Positions 46,389 to 56,104 of a stretch of 64,000 nucleotides of DNA are shown piece by piece; the first letter of the stretch is position 1, and the number at the start of each line of letters is the position of its first letter. The translations under genes and the position numbers were made by a program. A model generated the notes under the pieces. The model was not told the origin of the DNA. It worked only from the letters and a program-made list of their open reading frames with translations, and did not search any database. Origin of the DNA: Fibrobacteria bacterium GUT307 (GTDB taxonomy: Bacteria; Fibrobacterota; Fibrobacteria; Fibrobacterales; Fibrobacteraceae); contig LIUI01000155.1 of NCBI GenBank assembly GCA_001462235.1, positions 1,766-65,765 on the forward strand, written 5' to 3'.

Positions 46389-47761
46389 TTAATCTAATTT
46401 TGTGCGGCGGCGCTGGCACAAGGCTTTGGCCTTTGAGCCGTGCCTTGATGCCCAAGCAGTTTGTGAAAATTTTTGGCGAACATTCGCTGTTTCAGCGTAC
46501 GGTGCTCACGAATAATGATTTTTGCTCGGAACAGTGCATTGTGAGCAATGCAGAGCAGTATTTTTTAGCTAGGGAACAGTTGCAGCAAGTTGGAGCAGAA
46601 AAAACATCTTTTATGCTTGAACCCATAGGTAGAAACACCGCTCCCGCCATTGCCCTTGCTTGTTTAGGATTGCCGGAAGATAAAATTGTTTTAGTTTCAC
46701 CAAGCGACCATTTAATTAGAAACGCCCAAAGTTATTCCAAGGCGGTGGCAAAGGCTGCTAAATTGGCAGGCGCAGGGAATCTGGTTACATTCGGCTTAAA
46801 ACCCACCGGGCCAGAAACAGGCTATGGCTACATAGAAGCCGATGGTGAGCGTGCAAAAAAATTTGTTGAAAAACCGAATTTAGAAACCGCTAAAAAATAC
46901 GTGGCGGCGGGGAATTATTATTGGAATAGCGGCATATTTTGCTTTAAGGCAGGCGTATTTTTAGACGAACTTAATAAATATGCACCGGCAATGCTGGCTG
47001 CCTGTAAAACTGCCCGCGAAAAAGCGGCAATGGAAAGCTCGCTGGTGCGCATTCACCACGAAGACATGGCAGAAATTCCTGCGGATTCCATTGACTACGC
47101 CGTTATGGAAAAATCAAAAAAGGTAAGCGTTGTTCCATGCTCAATAGGCTGGTCTGATTTGGGCAGTTTTGAAAGCCTATACAACGAGCTTCCCCACGAT
47201 AAAAACGGAAATACGGAAGATGAGCAACATATAGCCATAGATTCAAAAAATAATCTGGTTATGGGTTCAAATAGGCAAATAACCACAATAGACTTAAACG
47301 ATATGATGGTTGTTGATACCGCAGATGCTCTTTTGGTAGCACCGCTTGCAAGCAGCCAAAAAGTGAAAAAACTTGTAGAAACATTAAAGGAAAAGCGGCC
47401 TGATTTGCTGCATTCCCCGCAAACCGTTATTCGTCCTTGGGGCACATATACCGTTATATACGAGTATGAGCATTTTAAAGTTAAGTGCATTTCTGTGAAT
47501 CCGGGTGCAAGAATTTCTCTGCAAAAGCATTTATACCGTTCTGAGCATTGGGTTGTTGTAAGCGGAATGGCTACAGCAACTGTTGGAGACAGAACCGTTT
47601 ATGTTAGCCCAAATGAATCTATTTATATTTCTGCAGGTTCAATTCATCGTTTGCAAAACGAGGGTAAGCTGCCCTTGGTTATTGTAGAAGTGCAGGTTGG
47701 CCAATACACCGGCGAAGATGATATTATAAGAGTAGAAGACGATTATAAGAGGCATGAATAG
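46385..47761 (+). CDS. manC: Mannose-1-phosphate guanylyltransferase / mannose-6-phosphate isomerase
   Basis: LCGGAGTRLWPLSR, GYGYIE and C-terminal cupin (RPWG.Y......F.VK.I.V.PG..LSLQ.H..R.EHW.VV.G). Confidence 0.9.
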   Translation: MINLILCGGAGTRLWPLSRALMPKQFVKIFGEHSLFQRTVLTNNDFCSEQCIVSNAEQYFLAREQLQQVGAEKTSFMLEPIGRNTAPAIALACLGLPEDKIVLVSPSDHLIRNAQSYSKAVAKAAKLAGAGNLVTFGLKPTGPETGYGYIEADGERAKKFVEKPNLETAKKYVAAGNYYWNSGIFCFKAGVFLDELNKYAPAMLAACKTAREKAAMESSLVRIHHEDMAEIPADSIDYAVMEKSKKVSVVPCSIGWSDLGSFESLYNELPHDKNGNTEDEQHIAIDSKNNLVMGSNRQITTIDLNDMMVVDTADALLVAPLASSQKVKKLVETLKEKRPDLLHSPQTVIRPWGTYTVIYEYEHFKVKCISVNPGARISLQKHLYRSEHWVVVSGMATATVGDRTVYVSPNESIYISAGSIHRLQNEGKLPLVIVEVQVGQYTGEDDIIRVEDDYKRHE

Positions 47762-47770
47762 CGGGGTAGT

Positions 47771-48727
47771 ATGCGTATAGCCATGCTGTTAATATTAACT
47801 TCGGTCTTTGCTTTTTCTGCAGAGGATTTTTTTAAGAAGGCAAATGAGCTTTACGATGCCGGCAAATACTCCGAGGCTGTTCCCATTTATAGGGCGGCAA
47901 TAAAGCATGGGCAGCTTGAGCCTTATGCTTGGTTCAATTTGGGGAATACCCTTGTGCATATAAAACAAAATCATGTTGCGATAGTTGCCTATAAAAGGGC
48001 AGCAGAGCTTGCGCCTGATTTTGCAAAGCCCTGGGTGCTTTTGGGCGATATTTCCTATTCTTACGGAGATTACGGGCAGGCTGTGGCATATTACGGCAGG
48101 GCGCTTGAACTCGGAGAAAGGAGTGAGCATTTGCATTACGCTGTGGCATCTGCGTATTTGAATTTAAAGGCTTATGTTTTGGCAGAGAGATATTTTGAGC
48201 AAACATTGAATGAAAACCCAGACCGGCTTGAAGCGTGGTTTGGCCTTGCGGAGTGCGCTCGCCAAACGGGGGATTTTCCCTTAGCCTCAGAGATTCTGCA
48301 AAAAGCTTTGCAAAAGAGCATCAATGTTTCCCCGGATTTGCATTACACTTTGTCTTATTATTATTTGCAGCAAGATTCGCTTAAAGCGGCAATTCGTTCC
48401 ATGGAAAACGGTTTGTATTCAGACAGCAAAAATTACAATGCCCGCAGGTATTTAGCTTCGCTTTACGAAAAGAGCAATTCCCCGTGGATGGCTATTTGGA
48501 CTTTGGAGCAAGGTATTGCTGCAAAGAATGGCCTTAAAGAATTAGAGATGGACCTGGCAGAAATTTATTTTAAGCAAAAGAGATACAACGAGGCATTAGA
48601 GCATTACCAAAAAGCGATGAAGTCCGGAAGTTCTGCGGCACGGACAGGCATAGAAAATGTTGGCCACGCCCTATACAATCAAGGCGACAGTTTGCAAGCA
48701 GAAACGGCGTATAAAATGCTGAGGTGA
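47771..48727 (+). CDS. TPR repeat protein (secreted)
   Basis: Signal peptide and multiple 34-aa W/Y-L-G-Y-A-F-P type repeats. Confidence 0.6.
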   Translation: MRIAMLLILTSVFAFSAEDFFKKANELYDAGKYSEAVPIYRAAIKHGQLEPYAWFNLGNTLVHIKQNHVAIVAYKRAAELAPDFAKPWVLLGDISYSYGDYGQAVAYYGRALELGERSEHLHYAVASAYLNLKAYVLAERYFEQTLNENPDRLEAWFGLAECARQTGDFPLASEILQKALQKSINVSPDLHYTLSYYYLQQDSLKAAIRSMENGLYSDSKNYNARRYLASLYEKSNSPWMAIWTLEQGIAAKNGLKELEMDLAEIYFKQKRYNEALEHYQKAMKSGSSAARTGIENVGHALYNQGDSLQAETAYKMLR

Positions 48728-48732
48728 ATTTC

Positions 48733-48738
48733 TATATT
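48733..48738 (+). promoter_or_regulatory. -10 box 6 nt upstream of the GT2/GtrA ATG
   Basis: AATTTCTATATT-acctaa-ATG. Confidence 0.5.
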
Positions 48739-48744
48739 ACCTAA

Positions 48745-49890
48745 ATGCAACAAATTGCGGGCAAAACCCTTTCTTTAATAATTCCTTGCTATAATGAAGA
48801 AAATTCTTTGAGTCTTTGCGTTGAAAGATGCTTGGAACTTTCAAGCCTTGGGCTTAATTTAGAGCTTTTGATAGTAGATGATTGCTCAAAAGATAAAAGT
48901 TTATCAATAGCCCTGGATTTGGCAAAAAAGCACGGAGCGGTTAAGGTTTTTCACCATGAAGAAAATAAAGGCAAGGGAGCAGCCTTGCGAACGGGATTTG
49001 AAGTGGCAACCGGTGATTTTGTTGCAATTCAAGATGCCGATTTGGAATATAATCCCATGCAGTACGCACATCTTTTGAAGATTTGCGTTGAACATAATGC
49101 AGATGTAGTTTACGGTTCTCGTTATTTGCGCCCAAGCGCAGAGCGCAGGGTACTTTATTTTTGGCACACGTGGATGAACAAGTCTTTGACTTTTGTATCT
49201 AATATGTGCACAAATCTGGACATAACAGATATGGAAACCTGCTATAAATTATTTAAAAAGGATTTTATAAAAAAAATTGCCCCTTTGCTAAAAGAAAATC
49301 GTTTTGGTTTTGAACCGGAAATCACGGCAAAAGTTGCGCAAACAGGCGTGAAAATTTACGAAAGCGCAATAGATTACAACCCCCGCTCTTACGAAGAAGG
49401 CAAAAAAATCGGCTGGAAAGATGGAGTCCATGCTCTCTATTGCATATTGCATTATTCTGCGAATACTGCCCCCCTGCCCATGCAATTATTGCTGTACTTC
49501 TTTATAGGTTCAGTTTCGCTTTTGGTAAATGTTTTTTGCTTTACCGTTTTTGATGCAATAGGACTTCCGCTTGTAAAAGGCGTGGACTCTGGGATTGTAA
49601 TTGCATATATTTTAGCTACCCTAACCAATTACCTGCTTTGCATAGCGATTTTATTTAGGCACAAGGCACGGTGGAGTTCTGGCGGGGAGTTTGTTATTTA
49701 TCTGATAACGGTTATCGCTATGGGCTTTGTAGATTATGGGTTTATGCAGGTATTTACCATAGCGGGGGTAAACCCTATTATTTCAAAAACCATTTCTGCT
49801 GGTTTAGGCTTTATATTGAATTTTGCTCTCAGGCGGAATTTAGTTTTTGCTGAACGCTCTTCCCGTAGCCATGCCCACATAAGAACATAG
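48745..49890 (+). CDS. GT2 glycosyltransferase fused to GtrA-like membrane domain
   Basis: IIPCYNEE, DDCSKD and QDADLEY motifs (Dpm1-like). Four C-terminal TM helices of GtrA type. Confidence 0.8.
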   Translation: MQQIAGKTLSLIIPCYNEENSLSLCVERCLELSSLGLNLELLIVDDCSKDKSLSIALDLAKKHGAVKVFHHEENKGKGAALRTGFEVATGDFVAIQDADLEYNPMQYAHLLKICVEHNADVVYGSRYLRPSAERRVLYFWHTWMNKSLTFVSNMCTNLDITDMETCYKLFKKDFIKKIAPLLKENRFGFEPEITAKVAQTGVKIYESAIDYNPRSYEEGKKIGWKDGVHALYCILHYSANTAPLPMQLLLYFFIGSVSLLVNVFCFTVFDAIGLPLVKGVDSGIVIAYILATLTNYLLCIAILFRHKARWSSGGEFVIYLITVIAMGFVDYGFMQVFTIAGVNPIISKTISAGLGFILNFALRRNLVFAERSSRSHAHIRT

Positions 49891-51516
49891 ATTGCCTGTA
49901 TCGGAAAAGCGTTTTGCATGGAGCCGTAAAATAAAAACTTTGTGAGGAGCACTGGAATTTTGCATTAGAATTTCAAAGTTATCTCTTGATGTCCACACAA
50001 CGCCGCTCCATCTATCGCCATAACATTCCGTTATTCTAACCGCAACGCCCTCGCCCAAAATTCCGGTTTCTTTTTTCAAAAAATGCCCGAATAAATCCGG
50101 GATATAATCATAAGAATTTGTGCTTACAGAGTTTGTTATAATGGAACGTGTTGCATAGAATTGATTTCTGGAATCAAAGAAAACCGTATTTTCATAGGCA
50201 GAAGGCTCTATATTGTATCTTTCGTAAAAAGTTCTTTCGTCAATTTTATGAAATCTGGTTACCGAATATTTTGAAAAGAATTCCTTAAAAGTTGCACCGT
50301 AATGTACCAAATAACGGCCGGAGTCATCGTAATCTGATTTTTCGCTTTCTTTTAAGGCAGCAATTGTTTTTGCCAGCGAGTCTGCTAATTTTTTGCTGTT
50401 CAATGGCAGTGGGGGAGGGGTGAAAATCTTTTGCTGCTCTTCTGAAGATTCGTCAAGTAGCTTTCTTATATTTGGATATTCAAAATCCTGTGCATAAATT
50501 TCTGAGAATTGAGTGCGGGCTTCTTTTAGCATACGAGATTTTAGATAAATCTTTCCTAATGCCTCGCGGAGCGGCAAGTTTTCTGGATATTCTTCAATTA
50601 TGGGTATAATCACTTTTGCGGCTTCTCTTGCTTGGTCTTTTAGAGATATGGTTGTTGCAAGGCCTGTTTCTGGCATTCTTTTTTCGCCTAAGGTAATCAT
50701 GGCGGTTGTGGCATTTGCATCACCCGGTTTAAGGGCAAGGATTTTTTTATAGGCATTTTGCGCATTGTCAAAATCTCTGGAATATTCGCTTAAATATCCG
50801 TGTATAAGGAGCAAATCGGTTTGAGACGGGAACCTAGGCAAGGCGTAATTCACAAGCTCAGAACACTCCTCTATTTTGCCTGTGCTGTGCAACGCAAAAG
50901 CTAGGTTCACGTATGCCCTTACGTCTGTGCCGGCAGATATTGATATGGCGGCTCTGGCTTCATCTATTGCTTTGGATGCTTGCTCTGTTTTAAAAAGCAA
51001 GTCTGCGTATTTAAGCCGTGCCTCGGAAAATGCGGGAGACCTTGCGGCTAATTTGGCTGCCATTTCCAATGCATGGCTGGCATTTCCCTCGTGTTCTTTG
51101 ATAAAAATCAAAAGCAGTTCAACCCACACGGAGCCGGGCATTTGCTGTGCAAGCCCTTCTATCAGATTCTTGGCTTTGCTTATTTTTGCTGCAGAAGCGG
51201 TATCTTCTGCTACTATGGAATAAGCCGCTCCAAAAAGCGCAGCCGGTAAATTAGGGTATTTTAGCAGGATAGTTTCGTAATTGTTTTGGGCTGCTTGCAA
51301 TGCCCCTGCCATTCGCAAATCATTTGCCTGGCGCAGTTCGGCTTCTGCTCCGGAGGGCATGGATGGGAATTCTGCCCTTTCTTGAATGGGTATTCTTGTC
51401 CCGGCAGGCAATCCAAAGGGTACAGCAGAAACGCTTATGGTTCTGTCTGAGAGGGCAAACCACACAGAAATTACGAACACAAACGCAAACGCAGCTATTA
51501 TCGGGTATTTTTTCAA
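49840..51516 (-). CDS. TPR repeat protein (secreted)
   Basis: Signal/TM N-terminus and TPR-like repeats in the N-terminal two thirds. Confidence 0.5.
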   Translation of the reverse strand: MKKYPIIAAFAFVFVISVWFALSDRTISVSAVPFGLPAGTRIPIQERAEFPSMPSGAEAELRQANDLRMAGALQAAQNNYETILLKYPNLPAALFGAAYSIVAEDTASAAKISKAKNLIEGLAQQMPGSVWVELLLIFIKEHEGNASHALEMAAKLAARSPAFSEARLKYADLLFKTEQASKAIDEARAAISISAGTDVRAYVNLAFALHSTGKIEECSELVNYALPRFPSQTDLLLIHGYLSEYSRDFDNAQNAYKKILALKPGDANATTAMITLGEKRMPETGLATTISLKDQAREAAKVIIPIIEEYPENLPLREALGKIYLKSRMLKEARTQFSEIYAQDFEYPNIRKLLDESSEEQQKIFTPPPLPLNSKKLADSLAKTIAALKESEKSDYDDSGRYLVHYGATFKEFFSKYSVTRFHKIDERTFYERYNIEPSAYENTVFFDSRNQFYATRSIITNSVSTNSYDYIPDLFGHFLKKETGILGEGVAVRITECYGDRWSGVVWTSRDNFEILMQNSSAPHKVFILRLHAKRFSDTGNLCSYVGMATGRAFSKN

Positions 51517-51536
51517 GGCTAGATTAAAATATAAAT

Positions 51537-52373
51537 TTATAAGAAGGAATCTTTTAAATTTTGCAATTCTTTATTTCTTTGCATTTTACGAAGCGCTTTA
51601 TTTTTTATTTGCCTAACTTTTTCACGGGAAAGCTGCATATCTTCGCCTATATCGCGCAGGGTATTGTCTTCTGCAGAATCAATGCCGTAGAACATTCGGA
51701 GAATATCGCTTTCCCTTCTCGGGAGCTTGGATAGTATATCGCTTACCATATTGTGAAGCTCGGATTCCCTTATAAATTGGTCTTGAGTATCTGCATTTCC
51801 CTCTAAAACATCTAAAAGAGTCCCTATGTTATCTGTGCTTGGATCATCGTTTGCGGGGGAATCCAGTGAAATTTCCATCATTTTTTCCATTATATCTATT
51901 ATGTCTTTTTCGCTATCTTTAAATTCCGGTAAATTGAAGGTTTTTTCGTAATCGCCAAGGTTGGTAGATAATGCTTTTTTGAAACGGCTCACAAGTATAA
52001 GTTTATTTGGCGGAATTCTCATTGCGCCTATTTGTTCAAAAATAGCCTTTTGTATAGCCTGCCTTATCCACCATACCGCATAGCTTATAAAGCGAATATC
52101 CTTTGCGCAATCAAAACGGAGCGCTGCTTTGAAAAGCCCAAGATTGCCTTCGTTTATTAGGTCTAGCAAACTTAGGCCCCTTCCCTGGTATTTACGGGCT
52201 ACGCTTACAACAAAACGCAAATTCCCGCATATAAGCTTGCGAAGGGCTGCATTGTGTATATTTTTTTTGTTATCGTCACGCAATATTTGTATAAGAGCTA
52301 GTTCTTCTTGAGTGGATAAGGTTTGATAATGGTTCAAATCCTTAAAATAGAGGGCTTCCACTGGGGTTGTCAT
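51537..52373 (-). CDS. Sigma-70 family RNA polymerase sigma factor (non-ECF; regions 2-4)
   Basis: NLRFVVSVARKY, DLINEGNLGL, FISYAVWWIRQAI and region 4.2 LSREKVRQIKNKALRK. Confidence 0.85.
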   Translation of the reverse strand: MTTPVEALYFKDLNHYQTLSTQEELALIQILRDDNKKNIHNAALRKLICGNLRFVVSVARKYQGRGLSLLDLINEGNLGLFKAALRFDCAKDIRFISYAVWWIRQAIQKAIFEQIGAMRIPPNKLILVSRFKKALSTNLGDYEKTFNLPEFKDSEKDIIDIMEKMMEISLDSPANDDPSTDNIGTLLDVLEGNADTQDQFIRESELHNMVSDILSKLPRRESDILRMFYGIDSAEDNTLRDIGEDMQLSREKVRQIKNKALRKMQRNKELQNLKDSFL

Positions 52374-52807
52374 TGGCGTACCCCACTGAATTTTGCAAGG
52401 ACACTGCTTGTACAGTGCTCTAAAACAACAAATGTTTCAAAGAGCTTTGCCTCATGCCATTTAACCGCATATTCTGCCTGCCATTGCTCCGCAATGTCTT
52501 TGGGGCTTTGGTAGTAATGTCCCATTTCGCCTCTGTACCAAATTTCCTTGTTGATTTCCCTTATTATCTCTGCTAGCTCTGCTGCAGGCTGTATTGAGCC
52601 TCTTGCGAGTATTTCCCCTTTTACAGCATCCAGAATATCCTCGTCTTTAGGATCTCCGTTTTCGTTTGCTATGGCCATGATTTCTTCCAAATGCCTTTCT
52701 ACAAAATCGAGCAAATAAGCCTCTGTTTGTTTAAGAGCGCCTTTCCAATATTTTTTCTCCGCTTCTTCGAGCGGATAATATATATGAACAGGGTAGAAGT
52801 CAACCAT
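52370..52807 (-). CDS. Hypothetical protein translationally coupled to the sigma factor gene
   Basis: 145-aa ORF whose stop overlaps the sigma start by 4 nt. No family recognised. Confidence 0.45.
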   Translation of the reverse strand: MVDFYPVHIYYPLEEAEKKYWKGALKQTEAYLLDFVERHLEEIMAIANENGDPKDEDILDAVKGEILARGSIQPAAELAEIIREINKEIWYRGEMGHYYQSPKDIAEQWQAEYAVKWHEAKLFETFVVLEHCTSSVLAKFSGVRQ

Positions 52808-52834
52808 TTGTAATAATATAGTAAATTACTTGTA

Positions 52835-53815
52835 ATGCCTATATTCGGTGCAATTCTAGGTGCTACGGGTTCCGGAAAGACCAAACTAGCCGTTATGCTC
52901 GCCCAAAAAATGGGTGCAGAGGTTATTTGCATGGATTCCAGGCAGCTTTACAAAGGTTTTAGGGTAGGCACAGCGCAGCCCACCGCAGAAGAAAGGAGTG
53001 CCGCTCCCCACCATATAGTTGATTTTTTGCCACCGGAACAGCAATACAATGCGGCTAGGTTTGCAAGTGATGTAAAGGAATTGCTGGCTCAAAAACCAGA
53101 GGCAAAATTTATCCTTGTTGGCGGTACAGGGCTTTACCTGCAAGCTCTATGCCAAGGCTTAAATCCCTTGCCACCGGTAAATCCGGAAATTAGGGAAAGG
53201 CTAAAAAGGCATTATGAGAACAAAGAGCAAAAGGAACTTTATTCAGACGCCCTAAAAGCAAACCCCGGCATAGAAGGCAAAATTATGCAAGGAGACACAC
53301 AAAGGCTACTCCGCATTTTAGAACTCAACTCTCAATTCTCAACTCTCAACTCTCAACTAAATAGAGTTGGCGGCATAGGCCCCATTCCTTCTGTTTGGAT
53401 TGATTTTCCAAGGGATATGCTTTATAAGAGAATTAACGAGCGTGTTGTTAAAATGCTAAAAAACGGATGGATAGAAGAGGTAATGGAGCTTTCCAAAAGC
53501 GTGCCTCTAAATGCTCCTGCTTGGCAAAGCCTTGGGTATTTGGAATTAAAAGAGGCTTTGGAAAAAAACAAAGACCCCTTTTCAATAGCAGAGGAGGTGG
53601 CTCTAAAAACACGCCATTACGCAAAACGGCAAATAACCTGGTTTAAGCACAAAGAAAAGCCCGTTTACACTATAGAAGGCTCACAATTTCCAATAGACGA
53701 TTCTGTCTTGGTAAGCCTGTGGGGGAGGCTCGTGGGAGGCCATAATCCACCATTGGTTGGTTTCGGTTGTGGCATTCCAAAAGGCTTTGAAAATAGGCTC
53801 CCGCAGGCTTTGTGA
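52835..53815 (+). CDS. miaA: tRNA dimethylallyltransferase
   Basis: P-loop GATGSGKT, MDSRQLYKG, GGTGLY and AKRQITWF. Contains a heptamer repeat. 3' end overlaps the convergent ABC gene by 135 nt. Confidence 0.85.
   Translation: MPIFGAILGATGSGKTKLAVMLAQKMGAEVICMDSRQLYKGFRVGTAQPTAEERSAAPHHIVDFLPPEQQYNAARFASDVKELLAQKPEAKFILVGGTGLYLQALCQGLNPLPPVNPEIRERLKRHYENKEQKELYSDALKANPGIEGKIMQGDTQRLLRILELNSQFSTLNSQLNRVGGIGPIPSVWIDFPRDMLYKRINERVVKMLKNGWIEEVMELSKSVPLNAPAWQSLGYLELKEALEKNKDPFSIAEEVALKTRHYAKRQITWFKHKEKPVYTIEGSQFPIDDSVLVSLWGRLVGGHNPPLVGFGCGIPKGFENRLPQAL
53324..53358. repeat. Heptanucleotide tandem repeat (CTCAAYT)x5 inside the miaA coding sequence
   Basis: CTCAACT CTCAATT CTCAACT CTCAACT CTCAACT, translated as ..ELNSQFSTLNSQLN.. 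Confidence 0.85.
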
Positions 53816-55258
53816 AATAAAAGCCAAAGGTTCGTCTAAAAACAAGAAGGGTGCATTGCTCACAACTGCCCAAGCAAGAGCCAGCTTTTGCTGTTCTCCG
53901 TTTGAATGCCCATGTTTTTTTAGAAGAACTTCCAAATCTAAAACTTCAAATAGTTTGCTTATGGTTGGGCTCCATTTATTTTCTTTTATCTCTTGTTCAA
54001 GCCAAGAAATAGGGGGCAAAAATAATCTTTGAGAGAGGTAAAAAGAATTGTTTTTTGTTTTTCTGGGCGGCATAAAAATACTCCCTTCTTTGGGAATTTC
54101 CAAACCAGACAAAATGCGGAGCAGGGTAGTTTTTCCGCTGCCGTTTTCCCCTTGCAGCATTAACGGGTGGTTTAGCCGTATCATATTGCTAAGCGATTGA
54201 AATACCCAAGGCTCATTCTCTCCGTATTTAAAAGACAGATTTTCAATTTTAATGCATTCTTCGTTTCTTTCTTCAATAAACGGGACAAGATGTTCCATAT
54301 ACTCCAGCTTGCTAAGCCCGGCGTATGCAATTCTTAAATCTCTTAAATTTGAAAATATTTGCGAACAGTCTTTTAATGGTTTATAGCATATAAAAAGGGC
54401 AGCGCAAAACAAAATTATCTGGAATGGCTCCATTACTCCCATCCCTATAAAATTGGCACAGGTGGCTAAAACAATGCACATTATCATTATAGAAAGGCTT
54501 TCTATGTTTTGAGTTATGGTTACGTCTCTAACTCCCATGCTTGCAGATATATTCCTTAAATTGCGAATTTTGTTAAAAAGCAGGGATACATATTTTGAAA
54601 GTTCGGCTTGGTTATTCCAAAATTTGCGAAGAGCTACCCATTGCCATAAATTAGAATCATAGTCCCCGGAATAGCGGCTAAAATCGTCAATTCCTTTGCC
54701 TGCTTTTTTAAAAGTTTTTTGCAAATACAGCACTATAGGCGTAAAAACAAATATCAGCACAAGGGTTAATTGCCAAGAGAGCAAAAATAAAACAGGTATA
54801 AAGAACAGCAACTGCGATATTGCTTGTATTGATTGGGTTATTATTTTGCAACCCTTTGGCATTGCAGAAACAGAGAGGTTTGAGTTGTGCAAAATACCGC
54901 TTGTGTTATCTTGGTAAAATTGCGAGGGATGCAGGTGCTTTACCGTGTGTATCCACCAAGCCCGCAAATGGCTTTCTAGCCCGCAGTTAAGCCTTTCTTC
55001 CGAGCGTGCCCTTAGCGTTATTATTGAATAGCGTATAGCTATTAGGGCAATCATTATGAACATCCATTGCAAAACGGTTATATTTTTTATCCATTCAAAA
55101 TCAAAAAGGTAAAAATTCCAAGAAGGCGATATTATAGACAAAAACAAGCGTATGCCGCCCAGCAAAAGCAAATCTGCAAAACTCGCAAGAACTGCCAGAG
55201 GAACAATAAGTACCCAGCTATAGAGCCAAACGTCTTTTAAAAGTTGTTTTAATGACAC
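53681..55258 (-). CDS. ABC exporter, fused permease/ATPase
   Basis: N-terminal TM domain, Walker A GENGSGKTT, signature SNGEQQK, Walker B FLFLDEP. GTG start. Confidence 0.8.
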   Translation of the reverse strand: MSLKQLLKDVWLYSWVLIVPLAVLASFADLLLLGGIRLFLSIISPSWNFYLFDFEWIKNITVLQWMFIMIALIAIRYSIITLRARSEERLNCGLESHLRAWWIHTVKHLHPSQFYQDNTSGILHNSNLSVSAMPKGCKIITQSIQAISQLLFFIPVLFLLSWQLTLVLIFVFTPIVLYLQKTFKKAGKGIDDFSRYSGDYDSNLWQWVALRKFWNNQAELSKYVSLLFNKIRNLRNISASMGVRDVTITQNIESLSIMIMCIVLATCANFIGMGVMEPFQIILFCAALFICYKPLKDCSQIFSNLRDLRIAYAGLSKLEYMEHLVPFIEERNEECIKIENLSFKYGENEPWVFQSLSNMIRLNHPLMLQGENGSGKTTLLRILSGLEIPKEGSIFMPPRKTKNNSFYLSQRLFLPPISWLEQEIKENKWSPTISKLFEVLDLEVLLKKHGHSNGEQQKLALAWAVVSNAPFLFLDEPLAFISQSLREPIFKAFWNATTETNQWWIMASHEPPPQAYQDRIVYWKL

Positions 55259-55264
55259 GGAGGT

Positions 55265-55270
55265 AATCTA
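55265..55270 (-). promoter_or_regulatory. -10 box 6 nt upstream of the ABC exporter GTG
   Basis: Minus strand: TTTTCTAGATT-acctcc-GTG. Confidence 0.45.
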
Positions 55271-56104
55271 GAAAATAACGCTTTCTCCGTTTACTTTGCA
55301 TATTCCTTGAATTTCCAGTTCTGTGAGGGTTGCTAAAATTTCGTTTATGGGTTTTTCGCTTTGCTCGCAAATATCGCTGATTTGTAGGATTGTGCCTTTT
55401 GTGGCCCAGTTGGGGAGGGAATTTTCATTTTTTGCAGGATTTGGGGTATATGGGAAAAGGGAGTTTAAGCCTAAAATTTCCGGTAGTTCATTTATACTCC
55501 AAATTATTTGCGCTTGTTTTTGGTAAATCAGCTGGTTGCAACCCTCAGATACAGGATTCATGGGGGAGCCTGGTATGGCAAATATGGGCTTGTTTTCTCT
55601 AAGGCAAAAATTTGCGGTGTGCATTGCGCCGCCTTTACACCTGCTTTCTACAATCATGGTTGCATTTGACATTCCGGATATTATGGTATTTCTTTTTACA
55701 AAACTGCTCAAATAAGCTTTTGTGCCCGGAGCAAAAGGTGTTATTATATTCCCGCCGTGTTCTAAAATTTTTTCTGCTAAAATTTTTTGCGTTGCTTGCA
55801 AGGGCACGTCCAAACCTTGGGCTATTACGGCGGTGGTTGGCAAATTGTTTTCAATGGCGGCTGTGTGGCAAAAAGAATCTATGCCTTGGGCAAGCCCGCT
55901 TATAACGCGAATTTTTGAGTTCTTTAAGGTTTTAACCGCAGATTTAACCGTATTTGCAGCCAAACCGCTCGGGCTTCTGGTGCCTACCATGGCTAGGCAA
56001 AATTCATCGCCGCAGGCTTTGCCTTCAATCCAAAGCGGTACGGCATATCTTGACTTAGCCAGCACCGCAGGATATTCTGGGCTATTCACGGTTAGATATT
56101 TCAA
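55268..56104 (-). CDS. dprA: DNA-processing protein DprA
   Basis: GLAQGIDS, IISGMS and GGAMHTA motifs of the DprA Rossmann domain. Confidence 0.8.
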   Translation of the reverse strand: MKYLTVNSPEYPAVLAKSRYAVPLWIEGKACGDEFCLAMVGTRSPSGLAANTVKSAVKTLKNSKIRVISGLAQGIDSFCHTAAIENNLPTTAVIAQGLDVPLQATQKILAEKILEHGGNIITPFAPGTKAYLSSFVKRNTIISGMSNATMIVESRCKGGAMHTANFCLRENKPIFAIPGSPMNPVSEGCNQLIYQKQAQIIWSINELPEILGLNSLFPYTPNPAKNENSLPNWATKGTILQISDICEQSEKPINEILATLTELEIQGICKVNGESVIF

